Positions 54,771 to 63,731 are shown, counted from the first letter of the stretch. The stretch: DNA of 64,000 nucleotides from an uncultured Ruminococcus sp. (GCA_902798365.1 CADBWP010000013.1:6885-70884), one strand, 5' to 3'. Numbers and translations: made by a program. Notes: a model not told the origin generated them from the sequence alone.

Positions 54771-54834
54771 AAAAATCCATTTTTATCTGCAAAAAATCCA
54801 TGTTTCATTTTAATTTAATTATTTGATATATAAT
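54771..54834 (+). promoter_or_regulatory. Direct-repeat activator site (AAAAATCCAT x2, 21-bp period) plus TATAAT -10
   Basis: Repeats at 54771-54780 and 54792-54801; TATAAT at 54829-54834; no good -35. Confidence 0.6.
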
Positions 54835-54918
54835 AAAGCCATACTTCAACAGGCGTTATAACATCTACGCTAAAGAGGTTAAGAATAAATTCCAAAAATA
54901 TTCCAAGGAGGTTTTACA

Positions 54919-56922
54919 ATGAGTTTTGAAGGATACAACGGCTACGAAGTTCTGCCGGACGGAATGCCGGCGGATGTTGCCCGGGATCTCGCCCAACGTG
55001 AAATGTATGAACAGCAAATGGAAATGCAGTTCTGGGCGGAGATGCAGCAAAGCCAAATCGATTTTGAAGAAGGGCTGCGTCAGGATCGTATGGATTATCT
55101 CAACAATGAGATAAACGAAATGCAGCAAAACCTTGAGCTTATAGACAGCCCGTCGCTTCATTCCTCAATGAGCGCGTCGCTCAAGGACTACGAAAGAGAG
55201 CTCAGCGAGCTTCAAAACGGAGGCTACACAAGCGGTTACTCCGATTTTTCAGCCTATATGCCTGCCGACCCTTATTCGGCTTCTCTGTATGAGCCTGTGC
55301 CTTACGATATGCCGTACAGCGTGACCGAAACCGACGCTGTAGAGACCGTTGATACGCAGGACTTTTCCGACGCTTCACAGTCAAATGCTTCCGCCGAATC
55401 GGTTACTATGGATAGCCTGAACTTAGAAGATACGTATGCCTTTGCCGATTCGTCCGACGTTATGCCCGAGACCGGCGACGAAGAAACGGAAGGCGGCACC
55501 GACAGCTATCTTGAGGATTTTGACGGCATGAATTCCGATCTGTTCGATACCGACGGCGACGGCGTTGAGGATCTGCTTATCGTCACCAATGAGGGAGACG
55601 GCTTTACCGAGATATTTGCCACTCAGGACGCCGACGGTGACGGCAATTTCGGCGACAAAAACCTGTATATGGAAACCTCGGACAGCGACGGCGACGGCAT
55701 TGAGGACACTCTCCTCACCATGACCGACGAGGACGGCGACGGCGAGTTTGAATCAATTACGCAGGATACCTATGACGCCGAGGGCAATCTTATAAATCAC
55801 GAGGATCTCAGCGACGGCGAGCTTCCCACAGATCACGAGGATGATAACGACAACGGCGAGCTTCCCTCAGATCACGAAGATAATACCGACGACAACGATG
55901 TTCCCGGAGAAAATAAAGAAGAAAACGACGACGAGGAATTCGGCAATGATCTTGAAAGCTATGAAAAGGCGTTTGAGGGCTTTGATCAGGAAACCGTTGA
56001 TACCGACGGCGACGGCTACGCGGAAACCTTTGTTGTAAGCGACGAGGGCGAAGCATATGCCGAGGTTTTTGCAACATCAGACCTTGACGGCGACGGACAG
56101 TTCGGCGATCAAAGCATTTATCAGACGCAGCTGGACACCGACGGCGACGGCTTCTATGATTCCGTAACCACAGACGTCGATCTTGACGGTGACGGCGCTT
56201 TTGACATGCGCTTTAACGAGGAGTACGATGCCGAGGGCAACCTCATCGACAGCTCTTACGAGATTCTGGAAAATACCGAGGTTCCGAACACTAACGATAC
56301 GAACAATACAAACGATTATCCCGTAAATCCCGAGGGCAACGGCACCTACTACTACGAGCTTGAGCAGTTCGACCCCGCGACTGCGGATCCCGAGGCGGTC
56401 ACAGGTTCACCCGAGACGGCTATGGAGCATTGGGAGTTCCAGGGCGATACCCAGCGCTGCACCGTATATTCCCAGATGTTTGTTATAGAGGAGCTTACCG
56501 GCGCCGAGCTCGACATCGACGAGCTTTGCGAATTTGCTCAGGAAAACGGTTGGTTTTCCGAGGCTAACGGCGCTTCTCCGAGCGATATGAACAAGCTTCT
56601 CGACACCTACGACATAGAAAACGAGCTCACCTACAACAACTCGCTCGACGATCTTGAGCAGGCGCTTGCAAACGGCGACAAGGTCATCGTGTGCGTCGAT
56701 TCCGACGAATACGCGATGGGCGAGAACGACGATGTTTATATTCCGCAGGACGGTCCCAACCACGCGGTTGAGGTTATAGGAATAGACAGGACCGACCCCG
56801 AGAACCCCATGGTTATTCTTAACGATTCGGGCGTTCCCAACGGAGCGGGCGAGATGGTTCCCATGGCTACCTTTGAGGACGCCTGGGAGGACAGCTCACA
56901 CTTGATGATTACTGCACGCTGA
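54919..56922 (+). CDS. Very acidic protein with eight DxDGDG motifs and a C-terminal C39-like (papain-fold) peptidase domain
   Basis: AAGGAGG RBS; WEFQGDTQRC (Gln, Cys), NHAVEVIGID (His), ILNDSG (Asp), FEDAW. Confidence 0.75.
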   Translation: MSFEGYNGYEVLPDGMPADVARDLAQREMYEQQMEMQFWAEMQQSQIDFEEGLRQDRMDYLNNEINEMQQNLELIDSPSLHSSMSASLKDYERELSELQNGGYTSGYSDFSAYMPADPYSASLYEPVPYDMPYSVTETDAVETVDTQDFSDASQSNASAESVTMDSLNLEDTYAFADSSDVMPETGDEETEGGTDSYLEDFDGMNSDLFDTDGDGVEDLLIVTNEGDGFTEIFATQDADGDGNFGDKNLYMETSDSDGDGIEDTLLTMTDEDGDGEFESITQDTYDAEGNLINHEDLSDGELPTDHEDDNDNGELPSDHEDNTDDNDVPGENKEENDDEEFGNDLESYEKAFEGFDQETVDTDGDGYAETFVVSDEGEAYAEVFATSDLDGDGQFGDQSIYQTQLDTDGDGFYDSVTTDVDLDGDGAFDMRFNEEYDAEGNLIDSSYEILENTEVPNTNDTNNTNDYPVNPEGNGTYYYELEQFDPATADPEAVTGSPETAMEHWEFQGDTQRCTVYSQMFVIEELTGAELDIDELCEFAQENGWFSEANGASPSDMNKLLDTYDIENELTYNNSLDDLEQALANGDKVIVCVDSDEYAMGENDDVYIPQDGPNHAVEVIGIDRTDPENPMVILNDSGVPNGAGEMVPMATFEDAWEDSSHLMITAR

Positions 56923-56943
56923 CGCAGACGGGAGGAACTGAAA

Positions 56944-57495
56944 ATGACAGAAAACAACAGCGCTAAATTTGAATTTAACTTAAGCGATTTTTACAGGGAA
57001 ATGCGCGCCGATCCCTTTGTTAACAAGGCGCGGATCCCTCTCGGATATGCGCAGGGCTATCCCATGATTTTGGGCGGCGACGACCTCAAGCTCGCGGTGC
57101 CCTACCTGCGCTATAAAATCACGGGAGTTGCCGACGAAACAATGGTATTTCCCATAAGATACATTTTTGTTTATTCAATAAAAAACACCGGCTTCACGGG
57201 CTTTTACGACCTCAGAACGGTCAAGTGCTTTTCCGGCATAAACTACGGCAAGCCCGTGGGACTGTTCCGTCACGAAGCCGTCAAAAACCTGAACAAAAAC
57301 GAGTACAGAGAAAAACAAAAGGAGCTTTACGGCGCCTATTCGGCTGTGCTCACCGCCGCTCTCAACGGCGAAGAGCCCGACCCCAATACCGAAGCTCAGC
57401 TGCGTTCGCTGCTCGGACTGCTGCTCGAGCCGTCGCTCAAGCCGTTTTACCGCGTATTTGCCCCCGACTTTTTCAATAAGTATTTAGCAGATTAA
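56944..57495 (+). CDS. Hypothetical protein (partner 1)
   Basis: GGAGG RBS; 183 aa; resembles 61654-62097. Confidence 0.75.
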   Translation: MTENNSAKFEFNLSDFYREMRADPFVNKARIPLGYAQGYPMILGGDDLKLAVPYLRYKITGVADETMVFPIRYIFVYSIKNTGFTGFYDLRTVKCFSGINYGKPVGLFRHEAVKNLNKNEYREKQKELYGAYSAVLTAALNGEEPDPNTEAQLRSLLGLLLEPSLKPFYRVFAPDFFNKYLAD

Positions 57496-57539
57496 TCAGC
57501 TTGACCTCAGCCTGTTCAGCCGGCGGAAAGGATAACAAC

Positions 57540-60197
57540 ATGCAGAACAGAGACGTTTCTTTTAAAGACATATTTACCGGCATAAACAGCGAGAATCTCA
57601 GGATCCCCAATCCGCTCACGGTGCCCGACAATCAGTTTCACGAGCTGCTCGACAGGGTAATAGAGCGCGGCTCGCTGGAGGAAATGAGCGCGCGCGACGA
57701 GTTTTATCTTGACGAAAACAAGCCCATGCTCGATCTTACGTGGCTCAGGATCGTCCGTCTGCCCGTAAGCCCCGACAACGTTGCCGACTACAATCTTTTT
57801 GACCGCTGGCAGGGCGTGCTGTCCTCTCTGCATGAGTGGGGTTATCGCTTTTACTTTCTGCTGCAGCGCAAGGACGGCAAAACCGGGCTTTATCTGGGCG
57901 TTCGCTCTCAAAGCGAAAACTTTGACGCAAACGACGCCATAGAGCAGGTGGAGGAGGCCACCTCGGGCTCAATGCCCGGCATAGAGCTTCGCAAGCTTGA
58001 CAACATGGAGCGCATGCACCTTAAGATGAACCTTGACCAATGCGGTTCAATCGGCGCGGTCACGGGTCTGCCTTCATTTTTTGACGGCGACAGACCCGGC
58101 GTGCTGCAAACGCTCGATTCGCTCGCGTTCGGAATCCGCGGCAAGGGCGGCGCAGAGCGCGACTACAACCTGCTTATTATAGGCGATCCCATATCCGATT
58201 CCGACACCACCGACATAATGAACCGTATGCGCACCCTCGGCAGCGAGATCCACAGCTTTGTCGAGCGATCCTCCTCCGAGGGCACAACCAATACCGAGGG
58301 CAAGCAAAAGGGTCTGGGCAGCGCCGCCGGTTATGTGATGAGCGGTGCAGGAACCGCCGCCACCAACCTTGTAAAGGCGGCAGGCGGACAGGCTCTTGCC
58401 AGCGCTATCCCGTTTGTGGGTCCGCTCATTTCACTCGCGTTCAGCGCGGCGGGCGGCTTTATGGCAAGCGCAAGCAAGTCCATTTCAGAGAGCACCTCGC
58501 TGTCGGTAAGCACCTCTTACCTTGACAAATTTGCTCAGTATGCCGAACAGCTCACCGATATCCACGTTGAAAGGATGAAGGAGGGACGCAACCTCGGCTA
58601 CTGGAACGTTGGCATTTACGTGCTCGGCAAGGACGTGAAGGACGTCAACACCGTCAACGGTATGCTTCGCTCAATCTATTCGGGCAAAAACACTTATGTT
58701 GAGCCCATACGGCTTCATTCGCTCAAAAAGAGATCGCGCGCCCTCGAGATAGTAAAGGATTACTTTGACCTTATTCCCATATTTAACACCAAGGCGGAGG
58801 GGATAACCGAGAGCAGCGAGTGGCACATCTTCGGAAAGTATTACCAGTATCTCAGCACTCCCATGAACACAAAGGAGCTTGCGCTGGCAACCTCGCTGCC
58901 CAAAAACGACGCGCCCGGTCTGCGGTTTGTAAAAACAGCCGTGCGCTTTGCCAACAATCCGCCCGTGGTCGAGGGCGATAGCATAACCCTGGGCAACATC
59001 GTAAACATGGGTGTTGAGCAAAACGCAAAATATAAAATCAATCACAACGACCTTGTGCGGCATGCACTGGTCGTGGGCTCCACGGGCTCGGGCAAATCCT
59101 GCTCCTGCAAGCGCGTGCTGACAGAGATTCTAAAGCACAATATCCCGGCGCTTATCATAGAGCCCGCAAAGGACGACTATGTAAGATGGGCGCTCAAAAT
59201 GAACGAAAGGCTGCCCGAAAAAAGCCGTTTTCGCATTTACATGCCCGGCATGAGCGAGTTCGAGGGCAAGCCGCTCGATCAGCTTAAGCTTTCGCCCTTT
59301 GAGCCTGCGGCGATCCCGGGCGCACCGGTGGATATGACCGCGCGTTGCGAAAACATCATTTCGCTGATAAACGCCAGCCTGCCGTCCGAGGACGTTTTGC
59401 CCGTGCTTATCGACGAGACCGTCTATGCGCTATATACTGCCGCATACCGTGAAAGATTCACGAGCGGCGCTCTTATGGAGCAGCAAAAAATGTACCCGGT
59501 GCTGTCGGCTCTCTCGATGATGAGCAAGCGCGTGATGAAGGAAAAGAACTACGAGGAAAAGGTGCGCTCAAACCTTGCCACCTGTCTTGACACGCGGTTC
59601 CAGTATCTTACGCGCGGCACCAGAGGCAAGCTGCTCAACGTTAGCCGATCTACGGACTTTTCAGAGCTGTTCGACCGACCCGTTGTAATAAACATAAGCG
59701 GCATATCGGCAACAAGGGACAAGGCGCTCATTATGTCGGTGCTGCTGCTTTCCCTGTATGAATACAGAAAATCAAAGTATTCCTACGACGAAGAATACCG
59801 CAAAGAGGCGCAGAAAAACAAGCTGCTTCACCTTACGCTCATAGAGGAGGCGCACAACGTCCTGCTCAAGCCCGAGGGGCCCTCGGGCAACAATCCGCAA
59901 AAGGTTGTGGCAGATCTTTTCACCAACATGCTCTCCGAGATAAGAAGCTACGGCGAGGGCATGATGATAGTAGATCAATATCCCACGCGCCTCATTCCCG
60001 ACGCCATCAAAAACACAAACTACAAAATCATTCACAGGCTTGCGTCTCCCGACGACGCCGAGGTCATGGCGGCGAGCGCTGCGCTGAGAAACGAGCAGAA
60101 GGCGCTTATACCCTCGCTGTTCCCGGGCAACGCCATAATCTTCGGCGACCGCGACGATGCGGCAGCCTGGATCCATATGAAGAAAACCGATATTTAG
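57540..60197 (+). CDS. HerA/FtsK-superfamily ATPase (DUF87-like) with long N-terminal region
   Basis: AAGGA RBS plus ATG 57540; HALVVGSTGSGKS, LIIEPAK, TLIEEAHN, SEIRSYGEGMMIVDQYP, IKNTNYKIIHRL. Confidence 0.88.
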   Translation: MQNRDVSFKDIFTGINSENLRIPNPLTVPDNQFHELLDRVIERGSLEEMSARDEFYLDENKPMLDLTWLRIVRLPVSPDNVADYNLFDRWQGVLSSLHEWGYRFYFLLQRKDGKTGLYLGVRSQSENFDANDAIEQVEEATSGSMPGIELRKLDNMERMHLKMNLDQCGSIGAVTGLPSFFDGDRPGVLQTLDSLAFGIRGKGGAERDYNLLIIGDPISDSDTTDIMNRMRTLGSEIHSFVERSSSEGTTNTEGKQKGLGSAAGYVMSGAGTAATNLVKAAGGQALASAIPFVGPLISLAFSAAGGFMASASKSISESTSLSVSTSYLDKFAQYAEQLTDIHVERMKEGRNLGYWNVGIYVLGKDVKDVNTVNGMLRSIYSGKNTYVEPIRLHSLKKRSRALEIVKDYFDLIPIFNTKAEGITESSEWHIFGKYYQYLSTPMNTKELALATSLPKNDAPGLRFVKTAVRFANNPPVVEGDSITLGNIVNMGVEQNAKYKINHNDLVRHALVVGSTGSGKSCSCKRVLTEILKHNIPALIIEPAKDDYVRWALKMNERLPEKSRFRIYMPGMSEFEGKPLDQLKLSPFEPAAIPGAPVDMTARCENIISLINASLPSEDVLPVLIDETVYALYTAAYRERFTSGALMEQQKMYPVLSALSMMSKRVMKEKNYEEKVRSNLATCLDTRFQYLTRGTRGKLLNVSRSTDFSELFDRPVVINISGISATRDKALIMSVLLLSLYEYRKSKYSYDEEYRKEAQKNKLLHLTLIEEAHNVLLKPEGPSGNNPQKVVADLFTNMLSEIRSYGEGMMIVDQYPTRLIPDAIKNTNYKIIHRLASPDDAEVMAASAALRNEQKALIPSLFPGNAIIFGDRDDAAAWIHMKKTDI

Positions 60198-60209
60198 AGG
60201 AAACAACAT

Positions 60210-60875
60210 ATGCTTTATCTTGTGTTAAACATTATTTTTGCCGCGGTGACATTCATCTTACTTGTGTGGGTCGTCACCCTCACGGTTCTTCTCGGCAAGG
60301 AAAAGAAAAAGAACAGGGAGCTTAGCGCAAGGCTTTTGCGCCCCCAAAAGACTCCCGTGCAAGGCAAGCCGCCGCAGGCTTCCGTGCAAGGCAAGCCTCA
60401 GCAGGTTACCGTTGCGGCGCAGCAGACTGCACCCAAGGCTTCAACCATAGCCATCGGAATACGAAAGCACGCCGGAAGCTTTGCGGGCTTGTATGAAAGC
60501 CTTTACCGCGTGGTGAAGATTCCCGACAACTTTACGGGCGAGGTGTTTGCCGAGTTTTACGGCAGGGTAGAGCAGCTGGACGACGCTGTGTTCAAAAACG
60601 CCTTTGCCAAGCGCTTCCCCAAGGAGGTCATCAACGATGACGCGCGGTGCAGGACAGCCACCGAAAACCTGCTTCGCTTTATTGCCGAGGCGGGCATAAA
60701 GCGCGACGCCGTGCGCGTAATAGCCTCTGCCGACGCCGCAATCTCTCAATGCTACATAGACGAACGCGGAAAGCGCCCCGTTGAGGGTCAGCGCTACCGC
60801 GTGATCAACCCCGCATGGCGTTGCGGGGATAAGGTTGTTGAACGCGGTCTGCTCTGCATCGATCGCGCCATGTGA
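60210..60875 (+). CDS. N-terminally membrane-anchored protein with GrpE-like C-terminus
   Basis: N-terminal TM, Q/P-rich linker, helical region, then AGIKR...YRVINPAWRCGDKVVERG resembling the GrpE beta domain. Confidence 0.55.
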   Translation: MLYLVLNIIFAAVTFILLVWVVTLTVLLGKEKKKNRELSARLLRPQKTPVQGKPPQASVQGKPQQVTVAAQQTAPKASTIAIGIRKHAGSFAGLYESLYRVVKIPDNFTGEVFAEFYGRVEQLDDAVFKNAFAKRFPKEVINDDARCRTATENLLRFIAEAGIKRDAVRVIASADAAISQCYIDERGKRPVEGQRYRVINPAWRCGDKVVERGLLCIDRAM

Positions 60876-61657
60876 TGAATGATATGGACATGAAGGACTT
60901 TTTTGACGATTCATTTGAAGACATCGCCCCCGACATTGAAGATACTGGCGATGAGCTTGCCGCTGCCGAGCTTTCCGATGAGGAACAGGCTTGGCTCAGA
61001 GAGATCCTCGAAGGCTACGACGCGCGCTGTGACGAAACTCTGATACAGCGCAGCGATAATATTGATACCGAGATTCTTACCCCCGTGCACGACAGGGCAG
61101 GGGAGAGCGCCGAAGCCGTTACCGAGGGCAGAGAGCAAAACGCCGCCTGCTGGGAGTACTGCGAGGACGCCTCTATGTCGGAGGTGAACTGCGTTCGTTT
61201 TGTTATAAACGAGCTGACCGGCAGCGACATCACCGAGAGCGAGCTTTGCGGCGTTATGGAAAACGAGGATTTGGGACAAAACGGCTTTTACACGGGTGAA
61301 ACCGAGGAGCTTTTGGAGCTTTTCGGACTTGACACCGTCAGCTGTTACGATATTCCCGTGGGAAAGCTTTGCGTTGAGCTTGAAAACGGTGCGCGCGCAA
61401 TCGTCCCCGTCAGCAGTCTGCTGCTCGAGGGTGAAACGGGCTTTGCCTTTTTCGGCGCCGACGCCTACGTCGAACCCCTGTCAATAGAATACGGCGATTC
61501 AGGCAACGGCTTTGTCACGGTCAACCACCCCTGCCGTGAGGACGGCTGTCTAAAGCAATATCCCCTCGAGGACTTTGAAACAGCCTGGCAGGCGGGCGGC
61601 AACGCGGCGATTTTTGTGTATTCCGATGAAGCAGGGCAGAGCGGGGTGACGGCGTGA
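60872..61657 (+). CDS. Acidic C39-like pseudo-peptidase, paralog of the 54919 C-terminal domain
   Basis: WEY...FVINELTG...ELC...LENG..AIV.V...FETAW aligns by eye; catalytic residues replaced. Confidence 0.7.
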   Translation: MMNDMDMKDFFDDSFEDIAPDIEDTGDELAAAELSDEEQAWLREILEGYDARCDETLIQRSDNIDTEILTPVHDRAGESAEAVTEGREQNAACWEYCEDASMSEVNCVRFVINELTGSDITESELCGVMENEDLGQNGFYTGETEELLELFGLDTVSCYDIPVGKLCVELENGARAIVPVSSLLLEGETGFAFFGADAYVEPLSIEYGDSGNGFVTVNHPCREDGCLKQYPLEDFETAWQAGGNAAIFVYSDEAGQSGVTA

Positions 61658-62097
61658 CCTTTGAAAAGCTGATTTGTACGCTGAAAAAAACCGAGCCGAC
61701 CATGCGTCTGCTTGACGCGGACGCATGCTTTTGCCTGCCTGCGTTTTGCACGGACGGCGGCAGGCTTACCGTTACGCTTATCGCCTGTGCGGCTGCCGTT
61801 GCAGACGGCGGTCTGCGCGTTGAACCGAGGTGCTGCATGAGTTTTGCTTACCCCGGGCTGAGGCTGACATTCTTTGAGAGGTTTGAAGGCTCACGGCAAA
61901 AAAGCGCCTTTGTTTCCGCGCGTTTGTCGCCTGCCGAGGTACGCGAGGCTGTTGCCGCAGCCGACGCTATACTCGAATGTGCCGACCGTGATAGGTTGAC
62001 ACCGGAACAGCTAAACAGCTATAACAGGCGGCTGGAAGCTTTGTCCGAGCCGGAGATCATCTCAATATATTCCGAACGGGGAGCGATGACGCCATGA
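61654..62097 (+). CDS. Hypothetical protein (partner 2)
   Basis: GTGA and ATGA overlaps on both sides; resembles 56944-57495. Confidence 0.7.
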   Translation: MTFEKLICTLKKTEPTMRLLDADACFCLPAFCTDGGRLTVTLIACAAAVADGGLRVEPRCCMSFAYPGLRLTFFERFEGSRQKSAFVSARLSPAEVREAVAAADAILECADRDRLTPEQLNSYNRRLEALSEPEIISIYSERGAMTP

Positions 62098-62807
62098 ATC
62101 AGATAAAGCTTCTTGCATATGCTCCCAAAAAGCGCGACGCCGAGCTTCTTAAGGACGCTCTTATCCGCTATGCGGTAAAATCGGACAACGAAATATCCAT
62201 CGACTGGGTTCGCGTTCAGGCGGATGAAAACGAGGTTGCGTCCGCCGCTGCCGAAAAGCAGCTTGCGTTCATTTATGCAGGCGATACTGCCGATGCCGCG
62301 CGAATAGGCGGAGCCTTGGCGCACAGCAACCCTGACTGCCTGCTGGCATACTTCGGACCCTGTCCCAAAAGCGAAAGACCCGATGTGATAGGCTATTTTC
62401 AAACGCTTTTTCCGAGCCGTCCCGTAAGATATGCCGAAACTCTTAAAAACGCGGAGGTGGAGGATATCCTCCTCGAGTGCGTTCTGCGCTCTGAGGAAAA
62501 CCTTGTTTTCGTAAGGGAAACAAAGGGCGTGGTTTATCGCCTGCCTTACCGCGACATTGCATATTTCAGAAGCGACCGCAACTACATAAGCGTCTGCATG
62601 AAAAATAAGAGCGAGCACCTTTTTATCGGTAAGCTCTCCGACATAGAGCGTTCGCTGGAGCAGGGCTTTTTCCGCAGGATTCACCAAAGCTATCTTGTTA
62701 ATGCCGACGCGGTCGTAATGATAAACAAAAGCAAAAAAAGCGTGGTTTTGTCAAACGGCGAAGAGATTTTTGTAAGCCGTTCCCATTACAAGGATGTATT
62801 TTTATAA
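62094..62807 (+). CDS. LytTR-family regulator with degenerate receiver domain
   Basis: DIAYFRS, KLSDIE..L, FFRRIHQSYLVN, LSNGEEIFVSR; N-terminus lacks receiver Asp residues. Confidence 0.88.
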   Translation: MNQIKLLAYAPKKRDAELLKDALIRYAVKSDNEISIDWVRVQADENEVASAAAEKQLAFIYAGDTADAARIGGALAHSNPDCLLAYFGPCPKSERPDVIGYFQTLFPSRPVRYAETLKNAEVEDILLECVLRSEENLVFVRETKGVVYRLPYRDIAYFRSDRNYISVCMKNKSEHLFIGKLSDIERSLEQGFFRRIHQSYLVNADAVVMINKSKKSVVLSNGEEIFVSRSHYKDVFL

Positions 62808-62846
62808 TTGATTTGCGCCCCGTGGCGCATGTTAAGGAATGATAGT

Positions 62847-63731
62847 ATGTTATGTAACACATGTGGTTTTCAAAACAGTAACGACGCAAAGTTCTGCGAG
62901 CGCTGCGGCAGCTTTCTTGCTCAGAGCAGCCCGGTATATGCCGCGCAGGCGGTATGCCCGCGCTGCGGCTGCCAAAACGACGCCTCGGCAAAATTTTGCG
63001 AGTACTGCGGATACATTCTTCAGGCGCAGCCTGTAAGCCAAAACGCAGGCGCCGTTAAGATCCTTTGGGCGGATAAATATATCGGTGACAAAAAAATAGG
63101 CTATTCAAAGGCAAGCGGACATCTCAGGGTGTATCCCGACCGCCTCGAGTTTTCAAGGCGTATGCGCATGGGCACCGTGTTCGGAGCCGTTGGAAAGCTG
63201 ATCACCGCCAAAAAAGCGAACGAAAAGGGCGAGTTTGAGGCATATTATTTCAAGGACATCGAGTCGTGCTTCTTTTCTCAGTACGCCATTGCCGTTCCGT
63301 CCATGGTGCTTGTTTTCAAGTCGGGCGACGTTGTAAAATTCGCTTCACTGTCAAAAAGCAGCGAGATAAACGAGTGCATAACATACATAAACGAAAGCCT
63401 TTCAAAATACCGCGGCGCCGCAGGCTCCGCAATGCCCGACAAGGACGCCCAGTTCAGCTTTGTAATGCCCATCACCAATATGGCGGCTGTTGACGACCGC
63501 GCCATTGCCGTTGTGGGCTATGTAAGCAAGGGCAGCGTAAAAACGGGCAGCTTTGTTTCTATAATAAGCGAAAGCGGCGAAAACAAGGGTTCGTTCGAGG
63601 TGAGAAGTCTTGCTGTGAACAAAAAAATAGCCCAAACCGCCGTTAACGGCAACTCGGACGTTGCGCTGCTAATCTTTTGTCCCCAGTCCTTTATAAGCAG
63701 GGGAGATAAGGCGTGTATTCCAATTCAATAG
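62847..63731 (+). CDS. Double zinc-ribbon plus PH-like plus EF-Tu-domain-II-like protein
   Basis: CxxCGxxN...AKFCxxCG twice; GHLRVYPDRLEF; FVMPI...VVG.V.KGSVKTG..V...V.SL...K....A..G..VALL. Confidence 0.6.
   Translation: MLCNTCGFQNSNDAKFCERCGSFLAQSSPVYAAQAVCPRCGCQNDASAKFCEYCGYILQAQPVSQNAGAVKILWADKYIGDKKIGYSKASGHLRVYPDRLEFSRRMRMGTVFGAVGKLITAKKANEKGEFEAYYFKDIESCFFSQYAIAVPSMVLVFKSGDVVKFASLSKSSEINECITYINESLSKYRGAAGSAMPDKDAQFSFVMPITNMAAVDDRAIAVVGYVSKGSVKTGSFVSIISESGENKGSFEVRSLAVNKKIAQTAVNGNSDVALLIFCPQSFISRGDKACIPIQ

Noticed and set aside
57540..60197. Conjugative VirB4/VirD4 of an ICE
   Set aside because: No relaxase, integrase or other T4SS genes; the EEAHN and E.R.YG motifs fit the HerA-like clade
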